This document shows positions 9,720 through 20,100 of a stretch of DNA of 64,000 bases, piece by piece; the stretch's first letter is position 1; every line of letters begins with the position of its first letter. The stretch comes from an uncultured Gemmataceae bacterium (GTDB taxonomy: Bacteria > Planctomycetota > Planctomycetia > Gemmatales > Gemmataceae): contig CAWFFC010000026.1 of NCBI GenBank assembly GCA_963815035.1, forward strand, positions 97,587-161,586. Reading direction: 5' to 3'. The position numbers and the translations under genes were made by a program. The notes under the pieces were generated by a model. The model made no database searches and was not told the DNA's origin. It saw nothing but the letters and a program-made list of their open reading frames with translations.

Positions 9720-11681
9720 TCACGCCACTTCGCCTTTGAGGCGGCGCACCCGGCGGCGCGGCTTGGGCCGGACCGAGAACTCCTCGCGCCACACCCGCAC
9801 CCGTTCCATGAAGCCGACGCGCCATTCCGAGTTCTTGATGAACCACCAGGGCACGCCCAGAAAGACGCCGGCCAGCACGATGCACGAGGCGATGATCGCG
9901 ACGATTTTCCAGTTCACCAGGCTGCGGGCCAGCCCCGCCGTCTGCGTTCCCAGCAAGTTGTCGGCCTCGGAGAGCATCAGGAACATCATGTACACGAGCA
10001 GGCCGACAATCAAGGTGATCGGGGTCGTGACCAGCCACAGCACCAGTCCGCCGAGATAGCCGAGGCCGAGCGTCGCCAGCAGGCTGCGCCACGAGGTGCT
10101 AAAACGCGCCGAGCACCAGATCCCCGCCGCGCCCATGTAGAACAGGGCGACGGTCGTCACCACCGACGTGAGCAGCGTCAGAAACAGCGGCACCGCGCCC
10201 AGAAGCAACGCGCCCACCATCGTGCCGAGCGAGACGGCGAAAAAGACCCAAAAGGTGACGAACGAATCGAGCCGATTGCGAAACAGCACGGCGAGCACCG
10301 CGACGCTCACGCCCACGCCCATCATCAGCGCCCAGCCGCCCGGCGGCCCGACGATCGCCGCCAGCGCCAACGCCGGAATCATGTAGGCGAGCACATAGGG
10401 CACCGCGGCGCCGAGGATGCCCCAGAGTTTCTTGCGGATCAACTGCTGCGTCGCCAGCGGCGTGAGCAACAGCGCTTCCCAGGTCTGCTTTTCGCGCTCG
10501 CCGGATATCGTGCCCGAGCAGCGAATGCCGACCACCAGGCAGGCCAAGACGAGGACAATGCCGCCCAGGAGGAAAAACGCCGATTCCTTGCCGTTCAGTT
10601 TGTCATCCATTTTGGCAACGTCGAGGGTGACAATCCAGGTGGCGACATCGCGGAACGATTCGCCGCAAATCAGAGACAAGAGCGAGATGACCAGAAACAC
10701 CGTCAGGATGGTAATGCCCGGCAATGCAAACCACCGGGGCATGGTCCGCAGAATCGCCAGCGGCGCGATGCCGTCGACGTGCCGTTCCTTCCACAACAGC
10801 GGCTCGTCCTGGATGGCGGCGCGCTGGGGCACGATCCATTCGCCGATGTTGCGCGCGCCGCTATGCTCGAGTTGCCGCATATACGCGCCGCGCAACCGCC
10901 ACACTCCCACGGCGAAGCAGGTCAGGCCGACGACGCCATACGCGATCCAGGAACCGATCAGGAAGGCAAAGAGTTCGCGGGCCTCGACGCCGTACATGGC
11001 CGGCAGCGCCACATGCTTGGGATCGAAATAGGACATCAGCCGGCCCACGCCGGCAAAGGCGGGACCGAGTCCGCCCAGCGCCGTCAGGCCGAACCAAGCC
11101 AGAAAAATGATTCCACCGATCGCGAAGAAGCCGATCACCGCGTCGCGCGTCTGCCGGCACCAGACCGACAGCAACAGGCTCGCCGAGCCGATGGCGAACA
11201 ACGGGCCCAACAGACTTAGACATACGGCCAGCAGCGACACCGGCGTGAACCCCGCCCACACGCCGATGAAGCAGACGAACGGCAGAGTCGTGAGCAGGAG
11301 GATGACCACCTCGAATCCGCGCCCGAGCAATTTGCCGATCAGAATTTCCCAGGAGGTCAGGTCGGCGGCGAAGAGGTACAGCAGCGTGCCGCGGGTCTTT
11401 TCATCCGTCACCGCGCCGGCGGTGAACACCGGCGTCGCAAGCAAAATAATCAAAAATTGTTGGTTCAGTACCCAGTTGACGAAGCCCACGGCAAACTTGT
11501 TGGCGGCGGTCGTCGCCAGCATTCCCGTTTGAGCGACGCTCTCGTCAACTTCCTGGCGGTAGCCGATGTAGAAAAAAATCAGTTGCAGCAGCAGCAGTCC
11601 GCCCACAAACCAGCGCAGGCCGTATTGCCTCCCGCGCCGGCCGCCCAGCAGCATCTCCAGTTGAAAGATCGGACCGAGCAT
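9720..11681 (-). CDS. ABC-2 type transporter permease with duplicated/fused membrane domains; the ORF extends to 11858 and the start is uncertain
   Basis: Polytopic membrane protein with ABC-2 permease-like segments (..LLYLFAADLTSWEILIGKLLGRGFEVVILLLTTLPF..); no frameshift. Confidence 0.65.
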   Translation of the reverse strand: MLGPIFQLEMLLGGRRGRQYGLRWFVGGLLLLQLIFFYIGYRQEVDESVAQTGMLATTAANKFAVGFVNWVLNQQFLIILLATPVFTAGAVTDEKTRGTLLYLFAADLTSWEILIGKLLGRGFEVVILLLTTLPFVCFIGVWAGFTPVSLLAVCLSLLGPLFAIGSASLLLSVWCRQTRDAVIGFFAIGGIIFLAWFGLTALGGLGPAFAGVGRLMSYFDPKHVALPAMYGVEARELFAFLIGSWIAYGVVGLTCFAVGVWRLRGAYMRQLEHSGARNIGEWIVPQRAAIQDEPLLWKERHVDGIAPLAILRTMPRWFALPGITILTVFLVISLLSLICGESFRDVATWIVTLDVAKMDDKLNGKESAFFLLGGIVLVLACLVVGIRCSGTISGEREKQTWEALLLTPLATQQLIRKKLWGILGAAVPYVLAYMIPALALAAIVGPPGGWALMMGVGVSVAVLAVLFRNRLDSFVTFWVFFAVSLGTMVGALLLGAVPLFLTLLTSVVTTVALFYMGAAGIWCSARFSTSWRSLLATLGLGYLGGLVLWLVTTPITLIVGLLVYMMFLMLSEADNLLGTQTAGLARSLVNWKIVAIIASCIVLAGVFLGVPWWFIKNSEWRVGFMERVRVWREEFSVRPKPRRRVRRLKGEVA

Positions 11682-11947
11682 GCCCGTGCTTCCTTCGTCG
11701 CCTCGATGTATCGAGCATGGTAGGATACGCGAACGATTCTCGCAAGTAATCGCGCTTTGATTCGAGAAAACTTGACGCGCGAGAGTCAAGCGGAGCTCGA
11801 AAATTCGCAGCGCGTGCGAACTTGGCTGAAAAAAAAGTCGGCTATTCGCTCTTGACATCCGACCTCAAACCTGCGACGGATGGATAGTAGAGAAGTGATG
11901 CGCTCGACATCGCTACCGGGAGGCTCGCTCGATCGGCATGTCAGCGA

Positions 11948-12283
11948 ATGATTGCGATCGAGGCGGGAGGAACGAACATGCTGCACTTTTCTTGCGACCT
12001 GTGTGGAAAGGAACTTCTGCCACAGGCCGACCGGCGCTTCGTGGTCAAAATTGAAGTCTTCGCGGCCTACGACCCCAACGAATTGACCGAGGACGACCTC
12101 GCGGACGATCAATTGGAATCGCTCAGCGAGATCCTCGAAGAACTCGAGGAAACCGGCGACGAACCTGACCTGGCCCCGGCCTACAAGCAACTCCGATTCG
12201 ATCTGTGCCCGGCGTGCCACCAAAAATTCTTGCGCGACCCGCTGAACAAAGACGCGATCAAATTCGATTTCAGCGAGAATTGA
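11948..12283 (+). CDS. Small acidic zinc-ribbon protein (C-x2-C...C-x2-C)
   Basis: SCDLCGK...CPACHQ with an acidic central region; the opposite-strand ORF 11786..12448 looks spurious. Confidence 0.5.
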   Translation: MIAIEAGGTNMLHFSCDLCGKELLPQADRRFVVKIEVFAAYDPNELTEDDLADDQLESLSEILEELEETGDEPDLAPAYKQLRFDLCPACHQKFLRDPLNKDAIKFDFSEN

Positions 12284-12327
12284 TTCGGTATTCGAAGACT
12301 TGATGACGTGCTGCCGCGCGACATTCC

Positions 12328-12415
12328 TGTTTAGCCGCGCAGGCCGCGGCAGCGGCGTAAGCACGCTTCGATTCAAAACGCGCTGCGCCGCTACCGCGGC
12401 CTGCGCGGCTAAACA
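12328..12415. terminator. 30-bp-stem hairpin (one mismatch) between two convergent genes
   Basis: TGTTTAGCCGCGCAGGCCGCGGCAGCGGCG..loop..CGCCGCTACCGCGGCCTGCGCGGCTAAACA. Confidence 0.5.
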
Positions 12416-12475
12416 CAATTGGCTAAATACGATCCCAGCGCACGTCAAACATCCAACCCGAGCGCGCCTGCCAAC

Positions 12476-13489
12476 TCACGGCCATTCGACCTTCTCGCCG
12501 CCGTTGCGGGTCGCGATTGCACGCCAGAACCGCTCGGGCGTGGCTCGCTCAAAACGGTGGACGCTCCCGTCGGCCATTAACACATTCGTCTCCTCGCGTT
12601 GACCGCGTCGAATCTCGTACCATTTCGGCGGGCCAAAAATCCCTCCCACCGGCGGCAGCGGCATGTTCGGATCGTATTCCCATTCGTCAGGCTTGGTCCA
12701 TGGTACGGCGTCGCCGGCTTCCAGGGCGATCATCGTATCGCTGAGTCCATCCTTGATGTCGTTGAACGTAATTCCATCGCGTTCGAACGAGGTGCCGGGG
12801 CCGGTGACAAAACGATAAAAGGTCATGCTCGATCGTTTGGATTTGTCGCGTGACGAACGGTAAACCGCGGGCATCTGATCGAGTAGCGTCAGATTCGATG
12901 GGCTGTTCCACGGCTCATCGAAACGAAAGCGGTCATAGAGTTGCTGCTCTCCAAGGTACGGGAGCAGCGTCACACGTATGCTCAGTAGGGGGTTTCCATC
13001 GCGATCGCGGATCGCGGATGGCAGCTTTTTGTTTGCGCTATGAAAATCGTGAATTGCTCCCGCGATTTGCTTGAGGTTGTTCGACGATTTCATGCTATCC
13101 ACGGCGGGTTGGATCGTGGGAATCGCCAAAACGCAGAGGATCGCACAAGCCAAGGAGAAAGCACCCATGGCCATGCCTGTCACGGCATGCGAAGCTCCTT
13201 CACGTCCGGTGCTGCGCAAGACGCTAAGCCCAACACCTCCCATGACGATAGCCGCGAGACTGGCGAAAACGGCGACCGGCAGCAAGAACAGGCCAATCAC
13301 GACATTGGCGAGCAACAACGATAACGCCAGCAGCACCGAAATGAATGCTACTGCGCCAAACTGAGCGCCCAATTTTGCAAAGACGTTCTTCAGTCGAGGA
13401 TTGGACATGAGGGCTCGATTCTCAAGGACTTGCTTGAGTCTCGCCGCGCCATCCAGGCGCGTCAAGAACAAAGCGCCCGTTCGCGCCAT
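12476..13489 (-). CDS. DUF1559-family protein with an atypical polytopic N-terminus (3-4 TM helices) in place of the usual prepilin-type leader
   Basis: ..SSNNLKQIAGAIHDFHS..LLPYLGEQQLYDRFRFDEPW..VLMADGSVHRF.. parallels the canonical DUF1559 protein at 43587 ([47 protein letters not shown]). Confidence 0.7.
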   Translation of the reverse strand: MARTGALFLTRLDGAARLKQVLENRALMSNPRLKNVFAKLGAQFGAVAFISVLLALSLLLANVVIGLFLLPVAVFASLAAIVMGGVGLSVLRSTGREGASHAVTGMAMGAFSLACAILCVLAIPTIQPAVDSMKSSNNLKQIAGAIHDFHSANKKLPSAIRDRDGNPLLSIRVTLLPYLGEQQLYDRFRFDEPWNSPSNLTLLDQMPAVYRSSRDKSKRSSMTFYRFVTGPGTSFERDGITFNDIKDGLSDTMIALEAGDAVPWTKPDEWEYDPNMPLPPVGGIFGPPKWYEIRRGQREETNVLMADGSVHRFERATPERFWRAIATRNGGEKVEWP

Positions 13490-13644
13490 TGTAAACTAAT
13501 GTTCACTATGTTGACCAACATACTTGAAGGCCGCCGAGGGTGGTACGCGCGCACGGCTGGCGCCCTTTGGCGCCCTTTGCGTTTTCCCAGCGAATGAAAG
13601 CGGTTTCGATGACGATCGAATTTGAAGAGCGCCAAGACACGCCG

Positions 13645-13960
13645 CCTCAGGCATACAATCGATAATCGATTCCCGGGAAGATATTGTGCTGGCTCTCGAT
13701 CTCGGCGAGCCAGGATTCGTCGATCCGCTCGTTCTTGATCTGTTCGTAGAGCGCATTGAAGTTGGCCACATGCGTGATCGTGCGTTTGACCGCGTATTCG
13801 ACCATGGTGCCGGTCTTCAAGATGAAGGCCCAATCGGACGACTGGGCGAGCAGTAGTTCGCAGGCGGCCTGGCGAGCACTCGGCAGCCGCGCCGGCGGGG
13901 AAGTCGCCGGCGACTTTTGACGACGGAAGGCACGATGCCAGCCGTCTCGGGCGGATTCAT
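13645..13960 (-). pseudogene. Gene remnant: the C-terminal ~100 codons of a GH57-like (alpha-glucan branching enzyme family) protein, with no start codon, abutting the nadE stop
   Basis: A manual reverse translation gives ..ARQAACELLLAQSSDWAFILKTGTMVEYAVKRTITHVANFNALYEQIKNERIDESWLAEIESQHNIFPGIDYRLYA*. The frame opens just after an in-frame TGA inside the nadE 3' end. Confidence 0.35.
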
Positions 13961-15980
13961 CCCACTTGCTTCAACCAAATCGCAGCCTCCGCATCGCTGG
14001 GCATGCGCCAGTCGCCGCGGGGGGAGAGACTCACGGAGCCGACCTTGGGGCCGTCGGGCAGGCACGAGCGCTTGAATTGGTTGGCGAAGAAGCGCGTCAG
14101 AAAGACTTTGAGCCATTTTTGAATTTCGTCGCGGGAATAGTCGCGGTCGAATTTCGCCTGTTCGGCCAGGTAGAGGATCTTTTCCGGCGGCGAGGCGTAG
14201 CGCAGGAAATGGAACAAGAAAAAGTCGTGCAGCTCGTAGGGGCCGATGCTCGATTCGGTGCATTGAGCCTCGCCTTGAGCACCGGCCGGCAGCAATTCGG
14301 GAGAAATCGGGGTGTCGACGATATCGAGCAGCGTTCGCCGCGCGTCGCCCTTGAATTCGTTTTCCGCCGCCCAGCGGACCAGGAACTTCACCAGTGTCTT
14401 GGGAATGCTGACGTTGGGGTTATACATGCTCATGTGGTCGCCGTTGTAGGTGGACCAGCCAAGCGCGAGTTCGGAGACGTCGCCGGTGCCGACGACGAAG
14501 CCAGCGTTCATGAGCAGGTTCGTTCGCATGCGGGCCTGAACATTTTCGAACACCAGATCCTGGCGGCCGTCGGGGGACAGATCGCCCAGCTTGCGCGTCA
14601 GGCTTTCCACGTCCAAATTCGTCAGATCGATGCCAAATGGGCGATGGCCGAGCGCCCGCATTTCCTCCAGGCAAAGCGAGCGAATATCGGATTCACGCGC
14701 CGTGGCGCCGAGTTGGCGCATCAGGTCGCGGGCGTTCTTCAATGTGCGCGGCGTGGTGCCGAAGCCGGGCATGGTGAAGGCGTTGATCTTGGTTCGCGGC
14801 ATCTCGATCGCATCGCAAGTGCGGCAAGCGACCAAGAGCGCGAGAGTCGAATCGAGGCCGCCGGAGACGCCGATGGCGATGGCGGGTTTGCCGATGTGTT
14901 CGAGCCGTTTGGCCAACCCGCTGACTTGGGTTAGAAAGATTTCCTCGCAACGATCGCGAAGCTGATCCGGTCCCGCGGGCACAAAGGGATGCGCTTCGAC
15001 GATTCGCAGCAGTTTCTCCGCGGCGCTCGCCGATCCGGTGAAGAAGCCGAGCTTGCCGCCGCCCGTGCCGAATTGGATCCGATTGTATTCGCGTTTCATG
15101 CCGGGTTGCGACAGGGCATCGGAAAAGCTGCCGGTGCGCAGCCGGTCGATTCGCAGCCGGTCCATATCGACATCGGAAATGACAAGTTGATCCTCGCGCA
15201 CAAACCGTTTCGATTCGGCGAGGATGGCGCCATTTTCCGCGATGAGGCAGTGTCCGCCGTAGACGATATCGGTGGTGGATTCATCGACGCCGCACGAGCA
15301 ATAGACATAACCCGCCATGCACCGGCCCGATTGGTTGCCGATCAGTTGCCGGCGATAGGCGGCCTTGCCGATGATGTCGTTCGAGGCGGACAGGTTCAGC
15401 AGGATCGTCGCCCCGTTCAGCGCCTGGTGGCTGCTGGGTGGAATCGGCGTCCAGACGTCTTCGCAGACTTCGACGCCGACGGTCACACCCGGCGCGTCAC
15501 TCGCCTCGAACAGAATCTCCGTGCCGAAGGGGATCGAGCGATCGTCGATTTGAATGGTCTTGCTTCGGGCATTCGCCGCGGGACTGAACCAGCGGTCCTC
15601 GTAAAACTCCTTATAGTTGGGGAGATACGATTTTGGAATCAGGGCCAGCAGTTTGCCGCGATGGAGCACCGCGGCGCAGTTGAAGAGTTGATCGTCGTGT
15701 TGGATGGGCACGCCGACAACCGCCAGGCCGGAGAAGATTGAACCGGTGGCGCGCGTCACGGCCGCGAGCGCGTCGCGAGCGGCCGTCAAGGCGCCGATTG
15801 ATGGAAGAGATCGCCGCAGGTGTAGCCGGTGAGGCAGAGCTCGGGAAAAGTCAGCACGCGGACGCCTTGATCTTGCGCTTGTCGCATCAAGGCGATAATC
15901 CGCTCGACGTTGAAATCGCAGCCGGCGACTTTCAGCCGCGGAATGGCGGCGGCGACTCGCAAGAAACCGTGAAAGAGCAT
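13957..15980 (-). CDS. nadE: Glutamine-dependent NAD+ synthetase (nitrilase domain plus NAD synthetase domain), one frameshift near 15786
   Basis: N-terminal piece ORF 15786..15980 (RVAAAIPRLKVAGCDFNVERII..VLTFPELCLTGYTCGDLF) plus ORF 13957..16017 (..VCEDVWTP..; PAIAIGVSGGLDSTLALLVA P-loop-like SGGxDS motif). Confidence 0.85.
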
Positions 15981-16094
15981 GGCAGCCTCGACAGGACATG
16001 GCCCGACAGCCGGGCAAGCGCTCGATTTACTGCCAATATATCAGCAAGCAACGGCGATTCGATCCAAGCCCGATCGACGAAAGGAACTCACGCG

Positions 16095-17087
16095 TTGCCA
16101 GCAACCGACCGAACGATCCGACTTGACGATCCGATTCTGGCGTACATTCGCGAGGATTTTGCTTCGTTGCGACCGGCAATGACGGTCAGTGAAGCGCTCG
16201 CCGCGATTCGCTCGCATGGCCTCGGCGAGCGAATCATTTATTTTTACGTTGCCGATGATGACGATCGTCTAGTGGGCGTGGTGCCGACGCGGCGGCTGCT
16301 CACGGCCGCGGTCGACGCACCTGTCGCCGACATCATGATCGCGAAGGTCATCGCGATTCCTCACACGGCCACCCTCGCCGAGGCCTGTGAGTTTTTCGTG
16401 CTGCACAAGTTCCTGGCCTTCCCCGTGGTCGACGAAAACCGCGTCGTGCGCGGCATTGTCGATGTCGAACTTTACACCAAGGAACTTTTCGATCTGGCGG
16501 ACGTGGAACAGGCGCCGGACACGCTGTTCGAGTCGCTGGGCTTCCATATTTCGCAATTGCGCGGAGCCTCGCCGCTGCGATCGTTTCGCTTTCGTTTCCC
16601 CTGGCTGCTGGCGACGATCGCCGGCGGCACGCTTTGCGCGATCCTGACCAGCGTCTTTGAAACCACGCTCGCCAAGAGCCTGGTGTTGGCCTTTTTTCTG
16701 GCGCTCGTGCTCGGTCTGGCGGAGAGCATCAGCATTCAATCGTTAACGTTGACAATTCAGGCCTTGCGCTCGTCACGTCCGAGTTTGCGCGGCTATCTGC
16801 GAGCCTTGCGTCGTGAAATGCTCGCCGCGATCCTGCTGGGCATCGGTTGCGGTTCGCTCGTTGGCATCATTGTCTTCGTCTGGCACAGTGCCGGCCGAGC
16901 GGGTCTGGCCATTGGATCGGGGATTTTCCTCGCCGCCATCTTCGCCTGCGGATTCGGCGTCACGGTGCCGACGCTGTTGCATGCGCTGAAGCTCGATCCC
17001 AAAGTCGCCGCCGGGCCGATCGTGCTGGCATTGACCGATATTTGCACGCTTCTCTTCTATTTCACGCTGGCAGCGCTCATCTTGTAG
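16095..17087 (+). CDS. mgtE: Magnesium transporter MgtE (CBS pair plus MgtE TM domain); the start is uncertain (TTG at 16095 or ATG at 16179)
   Basis: ..ERIIYFYVADDDDRLVGVVPTRRLL.. CBS region and the C-terminal ..LAESISIQSLTLTIQAL.. MgtE membrane domain; the upstream part of ORF 15738..17087 is antisense to nadE. Confidence 0.8.
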   Translation: MPATDRTIRLDDPILAYIREDFASLRPAMTVSEALAAIRSHGLGERIIYFYVADDDDRLVGVVPTRRLLTAAVDAPVADIMIAKVIAIPHTATLAEACEFFVLHKFLAFPVVDENRVVRGIVDVELYTKELFDLADVEQAPDTLFESLGFHISQLRGASPLRSFRFRFPWLLATIAGGTLCAILTSVFETTLAKSLVLAFFLALVLGLAESISIQSLTLTIQALRSSRPSLRGYLRALRREMLAAILLGIGCGSLVGIIVFVWHSAGRAGLAIGSGIFLAAIFACGFGVTVPTLLHALKLDPKVAAGPIVLALTDICTLLFYFTLAALIL

Positions 17088-17145
17088 CGACTCGCTCGGC
17101 CCAAAATCGCCTGGTCTTCCATCGCGCCCAACTCGTGAACAAACT

Positions 17146-20100
17146 CTACTCCCCCGCGGCGGGCTCGATCTGAATCGAAAGCGGCTCGATCCATTGCTTG
17201 GCGTCGCTGGTGTAGTAGAGATAGGCCCGGCTGGCTGGCCCGCGATATTCGCCAGGGATGTCGGCGAGCAGGTCAATCGCCAGGTCCAATTTGGCGCCCG
17301 GCTTCGAGCGCTCGCCAGTAGAGCACCAGTTCCCGGCCGCGAATTTCGAAGAAGCTGATATCGCCCGGCAGCAACTCGCCGTTATCGGCCTTTCGCAAGG
17401 TGGCCATTTCCTTCAGTTGCTTCATGTCCTCGGGCACTTTCAGCCCTGCGGGCAAGCCGATCACGGCGACAGTCATCGGCTGGCCCTTGTCCTGGCTCAG
17501 GTTTTCGAGCGACACGTTGAGCCGCACGCCATCGCCCTCGCGGACCTGCCGCTTGTTCAGCTTGGTCGAAAGTTTAACGGCACATTTGTCGGAACTGTTG
17601 GGCGTAATCGCCGAGTAACTCCACCCGATCGTGTAGGGGTACTTGTTCTTGCCAATCAATTCGAGCTTCAACGAGTTCTTGCCCGTTTTCATGAACTGTT
17701 CCGAGTTCTTCACTAGGATCGTGACTGGTTCCTGTCTGCCGGCCGGGAAGGGCATTTGTTCGACAACCTTCCCATTGATTGCAAGGACGAGCACGCCCGC
17801 TTCGGCGGTCTGCTTGCTGGCTTTGGTGTATGCGATCAGCGCCTTGAGCGCCATGATGGTCGATTGCGTCGAACCGAAGCCCCCGTAACCGCCGCGCTGC
17901 TTGTTGATCCACTTCACGGCCTTTTGCAGGCATTGGGTGAATTCCGCCGGCCGGTTCGCCTTCATCCAGCCGAGCATGGCCAGGGCGGTGGTTTCGATTT
18001 GCAGATCGCGGCCGCCGGAGCGGGTGATGCTGGTCTCGGCGCCGGTGAGGCCGCCATCCTCGACTTGCTTGTCGCGAACGCGCTTGAGCAATTCGACGGC
18101 TTGTTTGGCCCGATCGGCCCCATTGCTGTTGAGCAGGGCGTTCGCCAAAAGCGACAGGAAATAAGGATCGGTCGAGTTCGAATGTTCGTGAAGGAGCTTG
18201 TCGATATCCTTGGTCATGTCCTCCTTGCCGGTCTCGGTCAGGGCCCAGACGATGTAGGCGTCGGTGATGTGCTGCGGGGCGCCGCCAAACGAATCGAGCG
18301 CCCGCGGGTTTCGCTCGAAGCCGCCCTCGGGCTTGTGCCGGCTGAGTAAGTACTTTCGTGTCCGTTCGAGCATCTGCTGATCAACCGGATGGACCTGGGC
18401 CATGTCCTTGAACTGCAAAAGGCCATAGGCGGTGAGCGCTTCGTGCGGCGGGGCCATGCCGCCAAACCACTCGTAGCCCTGACGTCCGCCGCCCTGCTTC
18501 TGGCATTCGAACGATGTGAGCCGTTGATAACCGCGGTCCAGCAATTCGCTGGCGCCTGCGCCGCCTGTTTCGCTTCCTTGGTTTCCTGGCCCGATTCCTT
18601 GATGTAATTCAGAATCAGCGTGTTGGGATAATTCGTGGTCGAAGTCTGTTCGAAGCAGCCATAGGGCTCGCGCAATAGGCTTTCCAAGCCCTTTTGCAAA
18701 TCGGCGAGGGTTGATGGGTAGATGCTCGCCCAAACGCTTAAGGAACCTTTCACGTAATCCTTGGGCAGGATCATTTCGTTCTCAGCCACTTTTTCGAGCA
18801 GATCGCTGGCTTGGCCGACATACGGGAAGCCATCGGGCACGATCTTGATCGGCGCGTGACCTGGTCCTCGGCGAACGGTTCGCTTCGGCCGAGAATCGTC
18901 AAGCCTCCGTCGCCTTCGATCAGTGATGGCTGCAATTGGATCACGCGCCGGGTTCGTTTGTTCGGCGGCAGCACGATCGAAGCGGCGGCGCTGCCGCTGA
19001 CAAGGTTGAAGCCTCTCGGCTGCACGGTGACGTTCGCCGCACGTTGCTCGTCCGAATCGTTGGTGATCAGCACCGGGATCGACAGCTTGTCGCCCGCGGT
19101 GACCTCGGCGGGAAGCTTGGCTTCCAGTCCAAACGGCTTGCGCACTTCGAGAATGTGCGTGTCGGCGCCGAGCCGGCCTTCGAGCGTATGCCCCGCGACC
19201 AATACGCGATACTTGGTGATCGAGTCAGAAACATTGAAGCTGATTTTCCCCACGCCAGTTTTGTCGAGAATCAGGGCGGGGTTCCAATAGACGGTCTCGG
19301 CGAAATCGCTACGCTGGCCGGAATTACGTTCGGTATTGATGTGAGCATATTCGCGAACAATGAACGGCTCGGGGGCGGGCATTGACTTGGCATTGCCAAA
19401 TCCGGCTCCGCGGCCGCGGAATCCGCCTCCGGGCAACCCCTGAGCGGGACCGCCGATTCCGCCGCCGCCGAATCCGCCCGCCCGAAGGGGGCGCCGGGCG
19501 CGGGCAAAGCGCCGCCCCGATTAATCCCGCCCATCACGCCACCCTGGGCGAATCGCCGATCTTGGAAACGACCATTGGCTAGTCCGCCCTTGGCTTCATT
19601 CAATTTCCGTTCGAATTCGGCTTCGGCAGCCTGCCGTTGCATAAGCTGCTTGTCTTGCTCACGAAGTCCTAGGGCTTTCTTGGCCATCGCCTCTGGCCTG
19701 ACAAACATTAGACGATTTTCATTCGCACGACGCAGACGATCGATTCCTTGCTCCTGTTTCTCATCAAGGTTGAAGGCACGCGGGAAATTGTCCCGCTTTC
19801 CGGCGGCCTCATTGGGCTTGCCCGGCGCGTTCGTGGGCGCCGCCTGCGCATCCAAAGCGGCCTTGTCCCGGCGCGGTTCCGGCGCAGCCGGTGCGAGTGG
19901 GGCGGCGCCAAGTCCGCCACCTATGCCCCGGCCTCGTAGCTTTCCATCCTTAGCGCCATCGAATTTCGCCGCTGCCTCAGGCAGACCCTCGGCCTCTTTG
20001 CGAAAGTCATTCGGAACGGCCATCGGCGCCGCCGCGCCTTCGACCAACCGATTGCTCTGGCCCGACTTCAAGAAGGCATCGTTTTTCGCGATAAGTTTCC

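Noticed and set aside
13966-15741. Plus-strand ORFs 13966..14934 and 14989..15741
   Set aside because: Antisense to the clearly identifiable nadE gene, with biased R/A/G composition.
16095-16178. A longer MgtE N-terminus extending to 15738
   Set aside because: It would overlap nadE on the opposite strand by ~240 bp with junk-like composition. The start was placed at the first plausible TTG/ATG after the nadE start.
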